From positions 372,001 to 436,000 of the forward strand of contig CAUYUJ010000126.1 in NCBI GenBank assembly GCA_963575745.1: 64,000 nt of DNA, in the 5' to 3' direction. Below the pieces are notes generated by a model, which saw only the letters and a program-made list of their open reading frames with translations, had not been told where the DNA came from and ran no database searches. This document shows, piece by piece, positions 48,057 to 60,615 of the stretch. This DNA is from Prorocentrum cordatum. Its lineage: Eukaryota. Every line of letters starts with the position of its first letter. Within the stretch, counting starts at the first letter, position 1. The position numbers and the translations under genes are program-made.

Positions 48057-50453
48057 ATGGCCGCCCGCGGCGTTGTCGCCGACGCTGCCAACGTGCCCGC
48101 CCAAGAAATGAAGTCGCTCGGCGTCCACGCGCGCGTCGAGGCCATGACGAGCGACGTGCTCGCTGCGTCGTGGGGCAGGGCGAAGGGCTTGGAGAAGGCG
48201 ACCCCCCTTGGCAAATCGAAGACCGATGGCAGTCTCGACCGCAAAGGCTCGGTCGACGTTAACGACCTGCCCGTCCAGCCATGGAACGCTCGCCGCAACG
48301 GGCCCCTGAAGTCCGTTGTCGACATCGTCACTGACGTCGGCGCCGCCGAGATGGCCGCTGTGGACTGGACTAAGATCAAAGACATTATCGCGGGAAGCAA
48401 GTACAAGGAATTTCCGCCGCCCCGAGGCAGAGCCCCCATGCACGACGAATCTTGCCGTCGCGCAGAGGGTCGCAGACGGACTCCCGATCATCGCGAAGTG
48501 GATTCAATTCGTTGGCGGCGAGAAGTGCACGTTTTGGACTGGCGCGAGGACGTGCTCAACTCTCCTCGCGCGATGCAGATTATCTTCGAACGCCTCGGTG
48601 GTGTCCAAGCGCGATGCCGGGACTTCGCGAGCGCACCCGCGCCCAGAGCTGGCGGCGGCGACGTCGACGTCAATCAGACGAAGCAGGAGCTCGCGGAGGG
48701 CATCCACAACATAATGAAAGAAGCCCCACGCACAAATGCCGACTGCGAACAGCTGGAGTGGGTTGAGTGCGAGCTGGTGGATCCTGTGTCGCCAATTCAC
48801 GACCTGAGGCGGGAGCTCATCAACGCGGTCCTCATGGTGCTGCGGGGCCGCGCCCACTCCGCCAACAAGCTGGAGTACTACCCCGTCCTACTCCCAGATG
48901 TCCGCGACGAGTACCAGGGCGCCATGCGGCGCGCCATGGAGACGCTGGACGCCAACGCCGCCCTGTGCGCGGGCGAGGCCGGCTTCGGCAAAACGCCATT
49001 CATGATGGCGATGGCCATGGCCAGCGACAGGCGCAACCCCGACCCTGAGAGCAGGGCGACTGGCCGCGCCGACGCGGCGGCCGCCGCGCGGGCAGCTCCG
49101 GGCATGGATGTTCTCCGCGGTGAAGTCGGACAGCGCTGGGCCCCTTGCATCTTCGACGACGGTGACCTGGCGGAGCAGAGGCCGAAGGTGTTGAAAACAT
49201 TCGTCGGCCCCACTCAGGCGGAGGCCTTGACGTACGTCAGGTGGGGGGCGGCGCGATTCGCTCGCGGGCAGGCTCGCTGCGGCGGGGAGAACGGATGCGA
49301 CGCCAGTGCAGCGCCGACAGCTACGCAGTGGACGCTGGCATCCACGGGCGCCGACGCCGCCCAGAAGACGACCGCCATCTTGACCGACGTGCCCAAGCCG
49401 ACGTTCCCGAATAACTTCTCGCCGAGCAATGTCGGCGCAATGCTGAAACGCAGCGCCGCATTCTAGAACGCCCCGGCCGACGCGTTCTTCAGGCTCGCTT
49501 GCGCCCGGAGCGGCGCAGAAAAAGCTCCCGTTGATGGGCGGGCACCTCAGGCCCGAGGCGGGCACGACGCCGCGCCCCCCCTGGCCCGCGGGGCCACGCG
49601 CGACGAGGAGGAGTTCGACAGGGTCGTGGCACACGAGAAGAAGATGGCCATGGATATCATGGCTACGCGCGGCGTCGAGCACGGCGCGGCGCCCCCGCGG
49701 GGGCCGCGGGCCCGCCCAGCGGGGGGGCCCGCGCGAGCGCTGCCGCGCCGCCGCCGCCGAGCTCGGCCGGGCGGATCGTTCTGGGCGACCAAGAAAGCCG
49801 CGCGATTGAACGTGCAGGCCGCCCCCCCATGGCGCCCCCGCGCCTGCGTCCAAAATCCGCATCTGCACCGCGCCCCCGCCCCCGTTCGTTTTGCTGCCCC
49901 CTGGCGCCGTTCCCCCGCGTCGCTTTTTCGCCCCAAGGGATTCGGGGCGGCGGCGGCTTGCGCGCCCATCCGCCTGGCTCGAGGGCGAGGGGGGCCCGTT
50001 CGGCTTTGGCGGCCCCATGAACGGCGAGCAAGCGGAGGCGCCCGATTAAGCGGGGGCCTTCCGAGATCCCCAGCCACAACTTGCGCCAGAGCGGCCCCGT
50101 CGAGTTGGACGTCTGCAGCCCCTCCCCGTTGAAGAATTCGAAGCTCGAGTCGGGCGCCCCCCCCGCTGAAGGAGGCGAAGCTCGAGCCGGGCTCCGGCGA
50201 CGTGGCGGGGCAGGGCGAGTTCGGGAAGAAGCCGCCGAAGCCGCGCAAGCTCTCCCTGGCCCTGGGGGGCATCGTGGCTCGCGAGCTGGAAGGCGCGGCG
50301 GGGCTCTCGCCAGACTCTGACGTCGCGGCGGAGCAAGGCGCCGCGTCTCTCACCCAGTCCCTGGAGGAGGTCGTGGATCGGGAGCTGAGCCGCGCGGCGG
50401 GCCGCGGCGGCCCGTCGAGCAGCGGCGGCGGCGACGGCGCGGACTCGGGCTGA
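48057..50453 (+). pseudogene. Superfamily 3 (AAA+) helicase/ATPase-like gene resembling the CRESS-virus Rep helicase domain, degenerate (stop at 49464, frameshifts downstream)
   Basis: Walker A GEAGFGKT, Walker B CIFDD, a B'-like KTF...YVRWG segment, motif C-like N (GGEN) and Arg-finger-like GAMLKR. Coding-like sequence continues to ~50453. Confidence 0.7.
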
Positions 50454-51233
50454 GCGGCGTTCGCTGGACGCGTTGCCCGCCGCGGGGGCGGGCGGCGCTG
50501 GGAGCGGAGAGGGGCGGGCCGCCGGGCGCGTAGATGGGGGGTGGGCTGGGAGAGTCGCGTTGTAATTTCATTGCCAATGTGGCGCATTGGGGCGGGGCTG
50601 ACAGCCATGCTACCGTGGGGAAAGAAGACGCGCGCAGAAGCTTATCACCTTGACATCCATGCCAGTTGTCGCATATCGCTGGATGGATGCACGTAGCACG
50701 CGATGCCGCCAGGGCGGTTGTCTCTCACTCCCGGTCGCGCGGTCGCGGCGAGATTGGCTCGACGCCTGCGATCGCGCGCCCTCGGCGCCGCCCTAAACGC
50801 TCAACATGATTGACGACCAATTGGTCGAGTGAGATGGCCGCCCACGGCGATGCCCGACGCGATCGCCAACGCCTCCAAAAGCAGAACGAAGCGGGCGTCG
50901 ACTCTCTGCGTACCATCGCGAGTGATGCTCGCTGAAGTACCAGGCCTTCCAGGAGTTGCTGCCCCTGTGGCGGGCGCGTTCTCTGCTGTGCGACGAAATC
51001 CGCGCGCGCGTCGCCTCCTTCCTGGTTCTCGTCGAGCCGTCGCGGGCGTAGATTCCACCAGCGGCGCTGGCCCGCGCGGACAACGACCCTGCGTCGCCGC
51101 GCGTCTGCTGCTTAGCGAGCACGACCCGCAGGGCTCCGACCAACCGATCGGCGGCCGAGGCCATGAGCGGGGAGCGCAGAGAGAGAAATCTATATATATA
51201 TAGAGAGAGAGAAGGGGAGACAAAAAGAGGAGA

Positions 51234-51273
<40 letters not shown>

Positions 51274-51314
51274 AAGAATATATATATATATATATAAGAC
51301 AGAGAGAGAGAGAG

Positions 51315-51353
<39 letters not shown>

Positions 51354-52427
51354 AGAGAGAAAGAGAGAAAGCGAGGGAGAGAAAGGCGTGGAAAGGGGAT
51401 GAAGGGCAGGGCGCGAGCGATAGTGAGCCGACGCACCAGTCAGAGACTCCCCCACTGGATGCGCCCCGCCGCGTCGGCGGCCGGCTTCCCCGCCGACGCC
51501 GCGCCCGCCTCGCAGGAGGGCGCCCAGCCGCGGGCCAAGTGGCGCCTGATGGAGACGCAGATGTTTTGCATCTGCGACGAACTGGAGGACCCGCTCGCGG
51601 AAAGCGCAGCCTGATCGGCTGCCGATCAACCGGTCGATCGACGCCGTCCGAGCGCTGCCTGATCGCCCGTGCCCGCAGGGCGCTCGAGCGGGCATCGACA
51701 GCGCCAGATCCATCTGCCGCGGTCGATCGAGAGGCCCGTCGGGGCTTGCCCCTGAGGACGTCAGGTCGAAAATGGCGACGCTCGACGATGCCATCGAAAT
51801 CCTGAGCAACACGCGGTCGCGGGCGACGCGGGCGCGAGCCGGGCGCCATTGCTCTCCGCGGATGCGGCGCGGTTTGGGCGGAGGGCGAGGCGGGGGCGGG
51901 GACGCGGGCACGGGCGTGTAGATGGGGAGGGGCGCAGAGATTCGCATTTCAATGTCATAACAAATGCCAGGCATTGGGGGCGGGTTTAACGACCAGCAGT
52001 CACGGCGCCCCACGCCGATCGCGCGCGGCGTGCTGAAACGCTTCGCGCAATCGTCATCTCCGCCGTCTGCACTGCCGCCGTCGCCATTGCCATCGCCTTC
52101 TAGTCATCCGCCGCTGCTGACAGGGTCATCGCCGATTGGGGACAGGGCGTCTGGAAGGAGGGGCCTGGACGGGCGTTTCGGCATCGGGCCCCATCGCCGA
52201 CCTGTCGGCGATGCGTCGCCGAGCCCGCTTCGTCTTTTCCGTGAATCCAGGGCGCAGTTCTGCAGGTCGAGCAACTAGCTTTCGTTGGCGCATTGATCTC
52301 CGTGTGTCGGGGCGCCCGATCTATGCCAGACCTGCGCGCTGCGCATGAACGGCCAAGAGCATTAGCGCGCCCGGGGACAAGGCGCGCCTGCCCGCCCCTG
52401 GCCAGGGTCGCCGGCCAGCGCCGCGCC

Positions 52428-53699
52428 ATGGCGACACGGCGCGGCTTCCCCGCGCCTAGCCGAGGCAAGGCGCGCGCCGCCCTGAAGACGGGGAAGACGA
52501 AGCGGAAAGCACCGAAGCACGCGGGGAAGACATTGGCGAAGAAGCCGGCGTCGAACCAGAGCGCGAGGGAGGCGCCCCACGTGCGGCGCGGCAAGAACTT
52601 GCACATCCAGACTGGAGCGCGCTGCTTCCAAGAGGAACGCGTTCGAATTCATTCGCGCAAATGGCCGCGAGATCGTCGACATGTGGCTCGAGGGCCAAGT
52701 CTTGGAGAAATTGGGAGGCCAGACGTGATCCTTCTGCGAGAAAGGAATCCTCGGCCCCCTGAAGGACGTCCTGGACCGCGGACCTCGGCGCCGCTGCAAT
52801 CGCAGGGCCTGCCACAAGTTCTTCTTGCCCCAGAGCGGGCGCGTGGTCTTCAGCAGCGGCTCTGGCGCTGCCGCGGTGCCCTTGCAGGAACAGTCCGCCG
52901 TGCTGTTCGCCGTCGCGAACGACGCGCCCCTCGCCAAGATCCGCGCGCCCACGGGCAAGAACCACAGGGCGATCGAGGGCGTGGGAAAGTTCAATGATGC
53001 GCGCCGAAAAATGACGCGCTGCAAAAGAAGAAGCTGGTTACTCTTGGAGGAAAGGGGCGGATGAGGTCGACGCCGATGAGGTCGACCTCAGGGGCGAACG
53101 ACCTCTTGACCACGCGGAGCGAGCTGAGAACGAGCGGGTCCAGCGGGAGCAGTGGGGCGGTGCCATCGAGAGAGGCAACCGCAAGACATTGGTTCTGACG
53201 CGCCTCAAGCCAAGTCTCACCAAGCAGAGGGCGCCAGGCCCACGGGGCGATGCGCTTGCCAGATTGGACGCCGCTCGCTCACAAGAACTTGATCAACGGG
53301 AGCGTTGTACTCCGCGCGGGCGGGGCAGAAACGCACGAGGCCAAGGTCGAAAGGATGCTCCGCGACCACGTCGCGCACCCGAGGAAGCGGCTCATGAAGA
53401 ATGGCAAGCCCGTGGAGAAGAACGGCCGCCAGGTGCGGGTGAAACCCACGCACGCCAAGAAGTTGCAACCTGAACTTCCTGGCGGACGAATCCTCTAGCG
53501 CAAGGGTGGGACCCAGATCATCGACAGGTTATGGCAGCACTTGCGCGGCTTCATCAAGACCAGAAAGAGTTCGGTGGGCTCGATGTCATTGAACGCCAGG
53601 GTCCGATACGCCCAGTGGGCGTACTGGCACGTAAACGAGGACCTGTCGCTGGAGACTGACAAGATGCTCGGCCGCCTGAGGGGGAATGACACCGCGTAG
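52428..53699 (+). pseudogene. Merlin / IS1595 (ISXO2)-type DDE transposase, degenerate
   Basis: Stitched frames give a basic N-terminus, a Zn-ribbon remnant (T*SFC...RCNRRAC), VDADE, WGGAIERG, VVLRAGG (inferred from LHTDG), HVAH, GTQIIDRLWQHLR and RVRYAQWAYW. Confidence 0.75.
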
Positions 53700-53799
53700 C
53701 GGTGTTTGCTTGTGGACTGCAAGCATTGGGGCGCGAGGCAGAGCGCTTATGAGTAGGCGATGTCGCGCACGAAACCACAAACGCATTGCGCAACGGAGA

Positions 53800-54240
53800 A
53801 ATCTCGGAGCTCACGAAACCTAGCCAGGTGCTTCTCTTGTGCCGGCGCTCAGGAAACTGTGCGAAGCATGTTGTTTGGTGTTCTATTGTTTGGTGGCTCA
53901 CGATACCTGGCAAAGCATTGGTAGGTTTGTTTTATTTAGTATGAGAGCCCACAAACAAAAAGCCAAGCGTTGTTGTTTGTGTTGTTGTTTTTCTCTGGTC
54001 TGGGAATTCAGGGAACCTGGCCAGGCGTTGGTGTGTCTGGTTTTTCTGGTCCGGGATCTCAGAAAACCTGGTCAGGCGTTGGTGTGTTTTGTTATTCTGG
54101 TCTGGGATCTCAGAAAACCTGGCCAGACGTTGCTTTGTCTGGTAATTCTGGTCTGGGAGCTCAGGAAAGCTGGCCAGGCGTTGGTTGTTCTAGTTGTTGA
54201 TGTGTTGTTCTGGCCTGGGAGCTCACGAAACCTAGCATGG
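53800..54240. repeat. ~45-bp tandem repeat downstream of the transposase
   Basis: ttctggtctgggatctcagaaaacctggccaggcgttgg, about 6 copies. Confidence 0.8.
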
Positions 54241-54265
54241 TGACTGTGTGGCTTGTACACAAACC

Positions 54266-55318
54266 AAAAATTAGCCTGACGAAAGACCCAACCATACGTA
54301 GTTGTGAATACCGCAATTGTGGATATATATTCCTCGGTGGCGCTCCCTATGGGGCCACGAAACGTGTGAGGGGTGTGCCGAAATGGGGGTGGAACCGCAT
54401 GCGAGCGCAGCCACTGGGGCGTTCGGTGGAGCTCCCTGTGGGGCCACGAAACGTGTGAGGGGTGTGCCGAAAAGAGGGGTGGAACCGCATGCGAGCGCAG
54501 ACGCTGGGGCCTTCGGTGGAGCTCTCTATGGGGCCACGAAACGTGTGAGGGGTGTGCCGAAATGTGGGGGAAGATCCGCATGCGAGCGAAGCCACTGGGG
54601 CGGTCGGTGGAGCTCCCTATGGGGCCACGAAACGTGTGAGGGGTGTGCGAGAATGGGGGGTGGAACCGCATGCGAGCGCAGCCACTGGGGCGTTCGGTGG
54701 AGCTCCCTATGGATCCACGAAACGTGTGAGGGGTGAGCCGAAATGTGGGGTGGAACCGCATGCGAGCGCAGCCACTGGGGCGTTCGGTGGAGCTCCCCGT
54801 GGGGCCACGAAACGTGTGAGGGGTGTGCGGAAAAGGGGGGTGGAACCGCATGCGAGCGCAGACGCTGGGGCCTTCGGTGGAGCTCTCTATGGGGCCACGA
54901 AACGTGTGAGGGGTGTGCCGAAATGGGGGTGGGTGGGAGTGGAACCGCATGCGAGCGCAGCCACTGGGGCGTTCGGTGGAGCCCCCTATGGGGCCACGAA
55001 GCGAGTGAGGGGTGTGCAAGAATGGAGGGTGGAACCGCATGCGAGCGCAGCCACTGGGGCCTTCGGTGGAGCTCCTTATGGGGCCACGAAACGTATGAGG
55101 GGTGTGCCGAAATGAGGGGTGGAACCGCATGCGAGCGCAGCCACTGGGGCGTTCGGTGGAGCTCCCTATGGGGCCACGAAACGTGTGAGGGGTGTGCGAG
55201 AATGGGGGGTGGAACCGCATGCGAGCGCAGCCACTGGGGCCTTCGGTGGAGCTCCCTTTGGGGCCACGAAACGTGTGAGGGGTGTGCCGAAATGGGTGCA
55301 GGGGACGCATGCTGATGG

Positions 55319-55386
<68 letters not shown>

Positions 55387-55725
55387 GTAATGGTGATGGT
55401 GATGATGCGGAGGATGATGATGATTATGATGATGATGATGATTATGATGATGTTGATGGTGATGATGAGGAGGAGGAGGATGACAATGATGATGATGGTG
55501 GCGATAACGGCGATGATGATGGCGATGATGGTGATGATGACGATGATGACGATGATGACGACGACGATGATGACGATGACGATGACGACGATGATGGTGA
55601 TGATGATGATGATGACGATGATGATGATGACGGGAGGAGGGAGGAGGGGGGAGGGAGGAAGGAGGCGGGAACGCGGGGCACCGTCTCTTCAAAACGAGGA
55701 CCCAACACCACAGGATGGTTGGGAA
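54266..55725 (-). mobile_element. Helentron/DINE-like non-autonomous element copy 1 carrying a ~90-bp satellite and (GAT)n
   Basis: Ends aaaattagcctgacgaaagacccaaccat and accgtctcttcaaaacgaggacccaacaccacaggatggttgggaa. Confidence 0.7.
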
Positions 55726-56061
55726 TGAGATCATATGTTGTCATTCCTCCCAGACCTCTGTCCGAGTTCTCTTTGCAAGGTTGTAATGGTAGTTCCCCTC
55801 GCCTGTGTGCAGCGTTGCGCCAGCGAGGAAGGGGCGGGAAGAGGCGAGGACAGACAGGCAGCTTGAACGTTCATGTCAGACCCCACCAAAAGGTGAATAT
55901 TGGGGGGGTGCGGCCATACATATATATATATATATATACAGAGAGAGAAGGCGCGCCTATGTATATTTATATGCATATATGTACATATATATATATATAG
56001 ATGCATAGCGAGAGAGGGACATGTATAGAGACAGAGAGAAAAAGAGAGAGAGAGAGAGCGC

Positions 56062-56093
<32 letters not shown>

Positions 56094-56129
56094 GAGAGCG
56101 AGAGAGCGAAGGTGAGAGAGAGGGGGAGG

Positions 56130-57616
56130 AAAAATTAGCCTGGCGAAGGACCCAACCATATGCAATTGTGAATACTGTTGTTGTGTGCTCCGCATTCGGA
56201 GGAGCTCCCTTCTAGGGCCACGAAGCGTGTGAGGGGTGTGCCAAAAGTTGTCTGGTGGGAGCATGCGAAACCAGCCCTTGGGGCCGTCGGTAGAATTCCT
56301 TATGAGGCCACGAAACGCGTGAGAGGTGTGCCGAAATAGGTGCGGTGGGCGCATGCGAACGCAGCCACTGGGGCCGTCGGTGGAGCTCCCTATGGGGCTG
56401 CGAACGGTGATGGGTGTGCCGAAATGGGTGCGATGGGCGCATGTGAACGCAGCCACTGGCGCCGTCGGTGGAGCTCCCTGTGGGGCCACGAAACACGTGA
56501 TGGGTGTCCCGGAATGTGAGTGGGTGACGCATGCGGGCGGTGGCACTGGGGCCTTCGTTGGAGCTTCTTATGGGACCACGAAACGTGTGAGGGGTGTGAC
56601 AACATGGGTGTGGGTGGCGCATGCGGGCGGTGGCACTGGCGCCTTCGGTGGAGCTCCCTATGGGGCCACGAACAAGTGAGGGGGGTGCCGAAATAGGGCG
56701 GCGCCGCCATGCGAACTGCGCCATGGGGCCCTTAGGTGGAGCTCCGTATGGGGCCACGCAACGTGTGAGAGGAGTGTCAAACTGAGGCGGCGCCGCCATG
56801 CGCAGCTTGCCACTGGGACCGTAGGTGGAGCTCTCTATATGTGCCCACGAAACGCGGGAGGGGTGTGACGAAAGGGGGCGGCGCCGCCATGTGAACTGCG
56901 CCATGGGGCCCTTAGGTGGACCTCCCTATGGGGCCCCGAAACGTGTGAGAGGAGTGCCGAAATGGGGCGGCGCCGCCATGCGAACTGCGCCACTGGGACC
57001 TTAGATGGAGCTCCCTATGGGGCCACGAAACGTGTGAGGGGTGTGCCAAAATGGGGCGGCGCCGCCATGCGAACTGCACCACTGGGACCTTAGATGGAGC
57101 TCCCTATGGGGCCACGAACCGTGTGAGTGGTGCGCCAAAATGGGGGGCGCCCCCATGCGAACCGCACCACTGGGACCGTAGGTGGAGCTCCCTATGGGGC
57201 CACGAACCGTGTGAGGGGTGCGCCAGACTGGGGCGGCGCCGCCATGCGAACTGCACCACAAGGACCTCAGATGGAGCTCCCTATGGGGCCACGAACCGTG
57301 TGAGGGGTGTGCCAAAATGGGGCGGCACCGCCATGCGAACTGCACCACTGGGGCGTTCGGTGGAGCTCCCTGTGGGGCCACGAAACGTGTGAGGGGTGTG
57401 CCAAAATGGGGCGGCGCCGCCATGCGAACTGCACCACTGGGACCTTGGGGGGGCTTCGTATGGGGGCACGAACCGTGTGAGGGGTGCGCCAAATTGAGGG
57501 TGACGAGAGGAGAAAGGATGGGGAAGGAGGAGGAAGGAGGGGGAGGAGGAGGAGAGGAGGGACGCGGGCCACCGTCTCTTCAAAACGAGGACCCAACACC
57601 ACAGGATGGTTGGGAA
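56130..57616 (-). mobile_element. Helentron/DINE-like element copy 2 with a variant ~90-bp satellite
   Basis: Same two terminal motifs as copy 1. Confidence 0.7.
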
Positions 57617-57884
57617 AAGCTCACCATGAACTTCCATCCGCTCCAGCGGGCCCAAGCCAGCCCCAAGACGGCCCAAGATGGTCTCAGGACCGCCCAAGAG
57701 GCCTCATTGGTCCTCCTTCCTCCTCCTCCTCCTGCTCCTCCTCCTCCTCCTCCTCCTTCCTCCTCCTCCTGCTCCTCCTCCTCGTCCTCGTCCTCGTCCT
57801 CCCTCCTCTCTCCTCCTCCTCCTCCTCCTCCTCCTCCTCCTCCTCCTCCTCCTCCTCCTCCTCCTCCTCCTCCTCCTCCTCCTC

Positions 57885-60177
57885 CCTCCCTATGGGACCA
57901 CGAAACGTGTGCGGGGTGTGCCAAAATGGGGCGGCGGCGCCATGCGAATTGCGCCTGAGATGGAGCTCCCTGTGGGGTCACGGAACGTGTGAGGGGTGTG
58001 CCAAAATGGGGCGGCGGCGCCATGCGCACTGCGCCACGGGGACCTTAGGTGGAGCTCCCTATGGGGCCACGAAACGTGTGAGGGGTGTGCCGAAATGGGG
58101 CGGCACCGCCTATGGGGCCACGAAACGTGTGAGGGGTGCGCCAGAATTGGGGGTGGAACCGCATGCGAGCGCAGCCACTGGGGCCTTCGGTGGAGCTCCC
58201 TATGGGGCCACGACTCGTGCGAGGGGTGTGCCAGAATTGGGGGTGGAACCGCATGCGAGCGCAGCCCTGGGGCCTTCGGTGGAGCTCCCTATGGAGCCAC
58301 GAAACGTGTGAGGGGTGTGCCAGAATTGGGGGTGGAACCGCATTCGAGCGCAGCCACTGGGGCGTTCGGTGGAGCTCCCTGTGGGGCCACGAAACGTGTG
58401 AGGGGTGTGCCGAAAAGAGGGGTGGAACCGCATGCGAGCGCAGACGCTGGGGCCTTCGGTGGAGCTCTCTATGGGGCCACGAAACGAGTGAGGGGTGTGC
58501 CGAAATGGGGGGGTGGAACCGCATGCGAGCGCAGCCACTGGGGCGTTCGGTGGAGCTCCCTATGTAGCCACGAAACGTGTGAGGCCACCGCAAATGGGGG
58601 AAGGCCACGAAACGTGTGAGGGGTGTTGGGGGTGGAACCGCATGCGAGCGCAGCCACTGGGGCCTTCGGTGGAGCTCCCTATGGTAGCCACGAAACGTGT
58701 GAGGAGTGCGCCAAATTGGGGGTGGAACCGCATGCGAGCGCAGCCACTGGGGCCTTCGGTGGAGCTCCCTATGGGGCCACGAAACGTGTGAGGGGTGTGC
58801 CGAGAATGGGGGGTGGAACCGCATGCGAGCGCAGCCACTGGGGCGTTCGGTGGAGCTCCCTATGGGGCCACGAAACGTGTGAGGGGTGTGCCGAATGAGG
58901 GGTGGAACCGCATGCGAGCGCAGCCACTGGGGCCTTCGGTGGAGCTCCCTATGGGGCCACGAAACGAGTGAGGGGTGTGCCGAAATGGGGGGGTGGAACC
59001 GCATGCGAGCGCAGCCACTGGGGCGTTCGGTGGAGCTCCCTGTGGGGCCACGAAACGTGTGAGGGGTGTCCGAGAATGGGGGGTGGAACCGCATGCGAGC
59101 GCAGCCACTGGGGCGTTCGGTGGAGCTCCCTATGGAGCCACGAAGCGTGTGAGGAGTGCGCCAGAATTGGGGGTGGAACAGCATGCGAGCGCAGCCACTG
59201 GGGCCTTCGGTGGAGCTCCCTATGGGGCCACGACTCGTGTGAGGGGTGTGCCAGAATTGGGGGTGGAACCGCATGCGAGCGCAGCCACTGGGGCCTTCGG
59301 TGGAGCTCCCTATGGAGCCACGAAACGTGTGAGGGGTGTGCCGAAATGGGGGGTGGAACCGCATGCGAGCGCAGCCACTGGGGCGTTCGGTGGAGCTCCC
59401 TGTGGGGCCACGAAACGTGTGAGGGGTGTGCCGAAAAGAGGGGTGGAACCGCATGCGAGCGCAGACGCTGGGGCCTTCGGTGGAGCTCTCTATGGGGCCA
59501 CGAAACGAGTGAGGGGTGTGCCGAAATGGAGGGGTGGAACCGCATGCGAGCGCAGCCACTGGGGCGTTCGGTGGAGCTCCCTATGGGGCCACGAAACGTG
59601 TGAGGGGTGTGCCGAAATGGGGGGTGGAACCGCATGCGAGCGCAGCCACTGGGGCCTTCGGTGGAGCTCCCTGTGGGGCCACGAAACGTGTGAGGGGTGT
59701 GCCGAAAAGAGGGGTGGAACCGCATGCGAGCGCAGACGCTGGGGCCTTCGGTGGAGCTCCCTATGGGGCCACGAAACGTGTGAGGGGTGTGCCGAGAATG
59801 GGGGTGGAACCGCATGCGAGCGCAGCCACTGGGGCGTTCGGTGGAGCTCCCTATGGAGCCACGAAACGTGTGAGGGGTGTGCCGAAATGTGGGGTGGAAC
59901 CGCATGCGAGCGCAGCCACTGGGGCGTTCGGTGGAGCTCCCTGTGGGGCCACGAAACGTGTGAGGGGTGTGCCGAAATGGGGGGGGGAACCGCATGCGAG
60001 CGCAGCCACTGGGGCGTTCGGTGGAGCTCCCTATGGGGCCACGACACGAGTGAGGGGTGTGCGAGAATGGGGGGTGGAACCGCATGCGAGCGCAGCCACT
60101 GGGGCCGTCGGTGGAGCTCCCTATGGAGCCACGAAACGTGTGAGAGGTGTGCCGAAATGGGTGCAGGGGACGCATGC

Positions 60178-60218
<41 letters not shown>

Positions 60219-60550
60219 CTGCTGATGCTGATGGTAATGGTGATGGTGATGATGCGGAGGAGGATGATGATTATGATGATGATGATGCTGATGATGATGA
60301 TGAGGAGGATGACAATGATGATGATAGTGGCGATAACGGCGATGCTGATGGCGATATGGTGATGATGACGATGATGACGATGCTGACGACGACGATGATG
60401 ACGATGACGATGACGACGATGATGGTGATGATGCTGACGATGATGATGATGGCGGGAGGAGGGAGGAGGGGGGAGGAGGAGGAGAGGAGAGGAGGACGCG
60501 GGGCACCGTCTCTTCAAAACGAGGACACAACACCACAGGATGGTTGGGAA
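57885..60550 (-). mobile_element. Helentron/DINE-like element copy 3 (one terminus missing), long homogeneous ~90-bp satellite array
   Basis: Right terminus ...caccacaggatggttgggaa; shares the same (GAT)n block as copy 1. Confidence 0.65.
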
Positions 60551-60615
60551 AACCATACCTCGGAAACCAAACCCTGCAGATCATACAAAGCGACTGCTGT
60601 AACGCACTGCCTGTG

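Noticed and set aside
48057..48900. HUH endonuclease domain that would make this a full CRESS Rep
   Set aside because: Rolling-circle motifs I-III are not recognisable in the N-terminal part.
44100..54260. Terminal inverted repeats or TSDs bounding the helicase/Merlin block
   Set aside because: No convincing inverted match was found between the left and right boundaries by eye.
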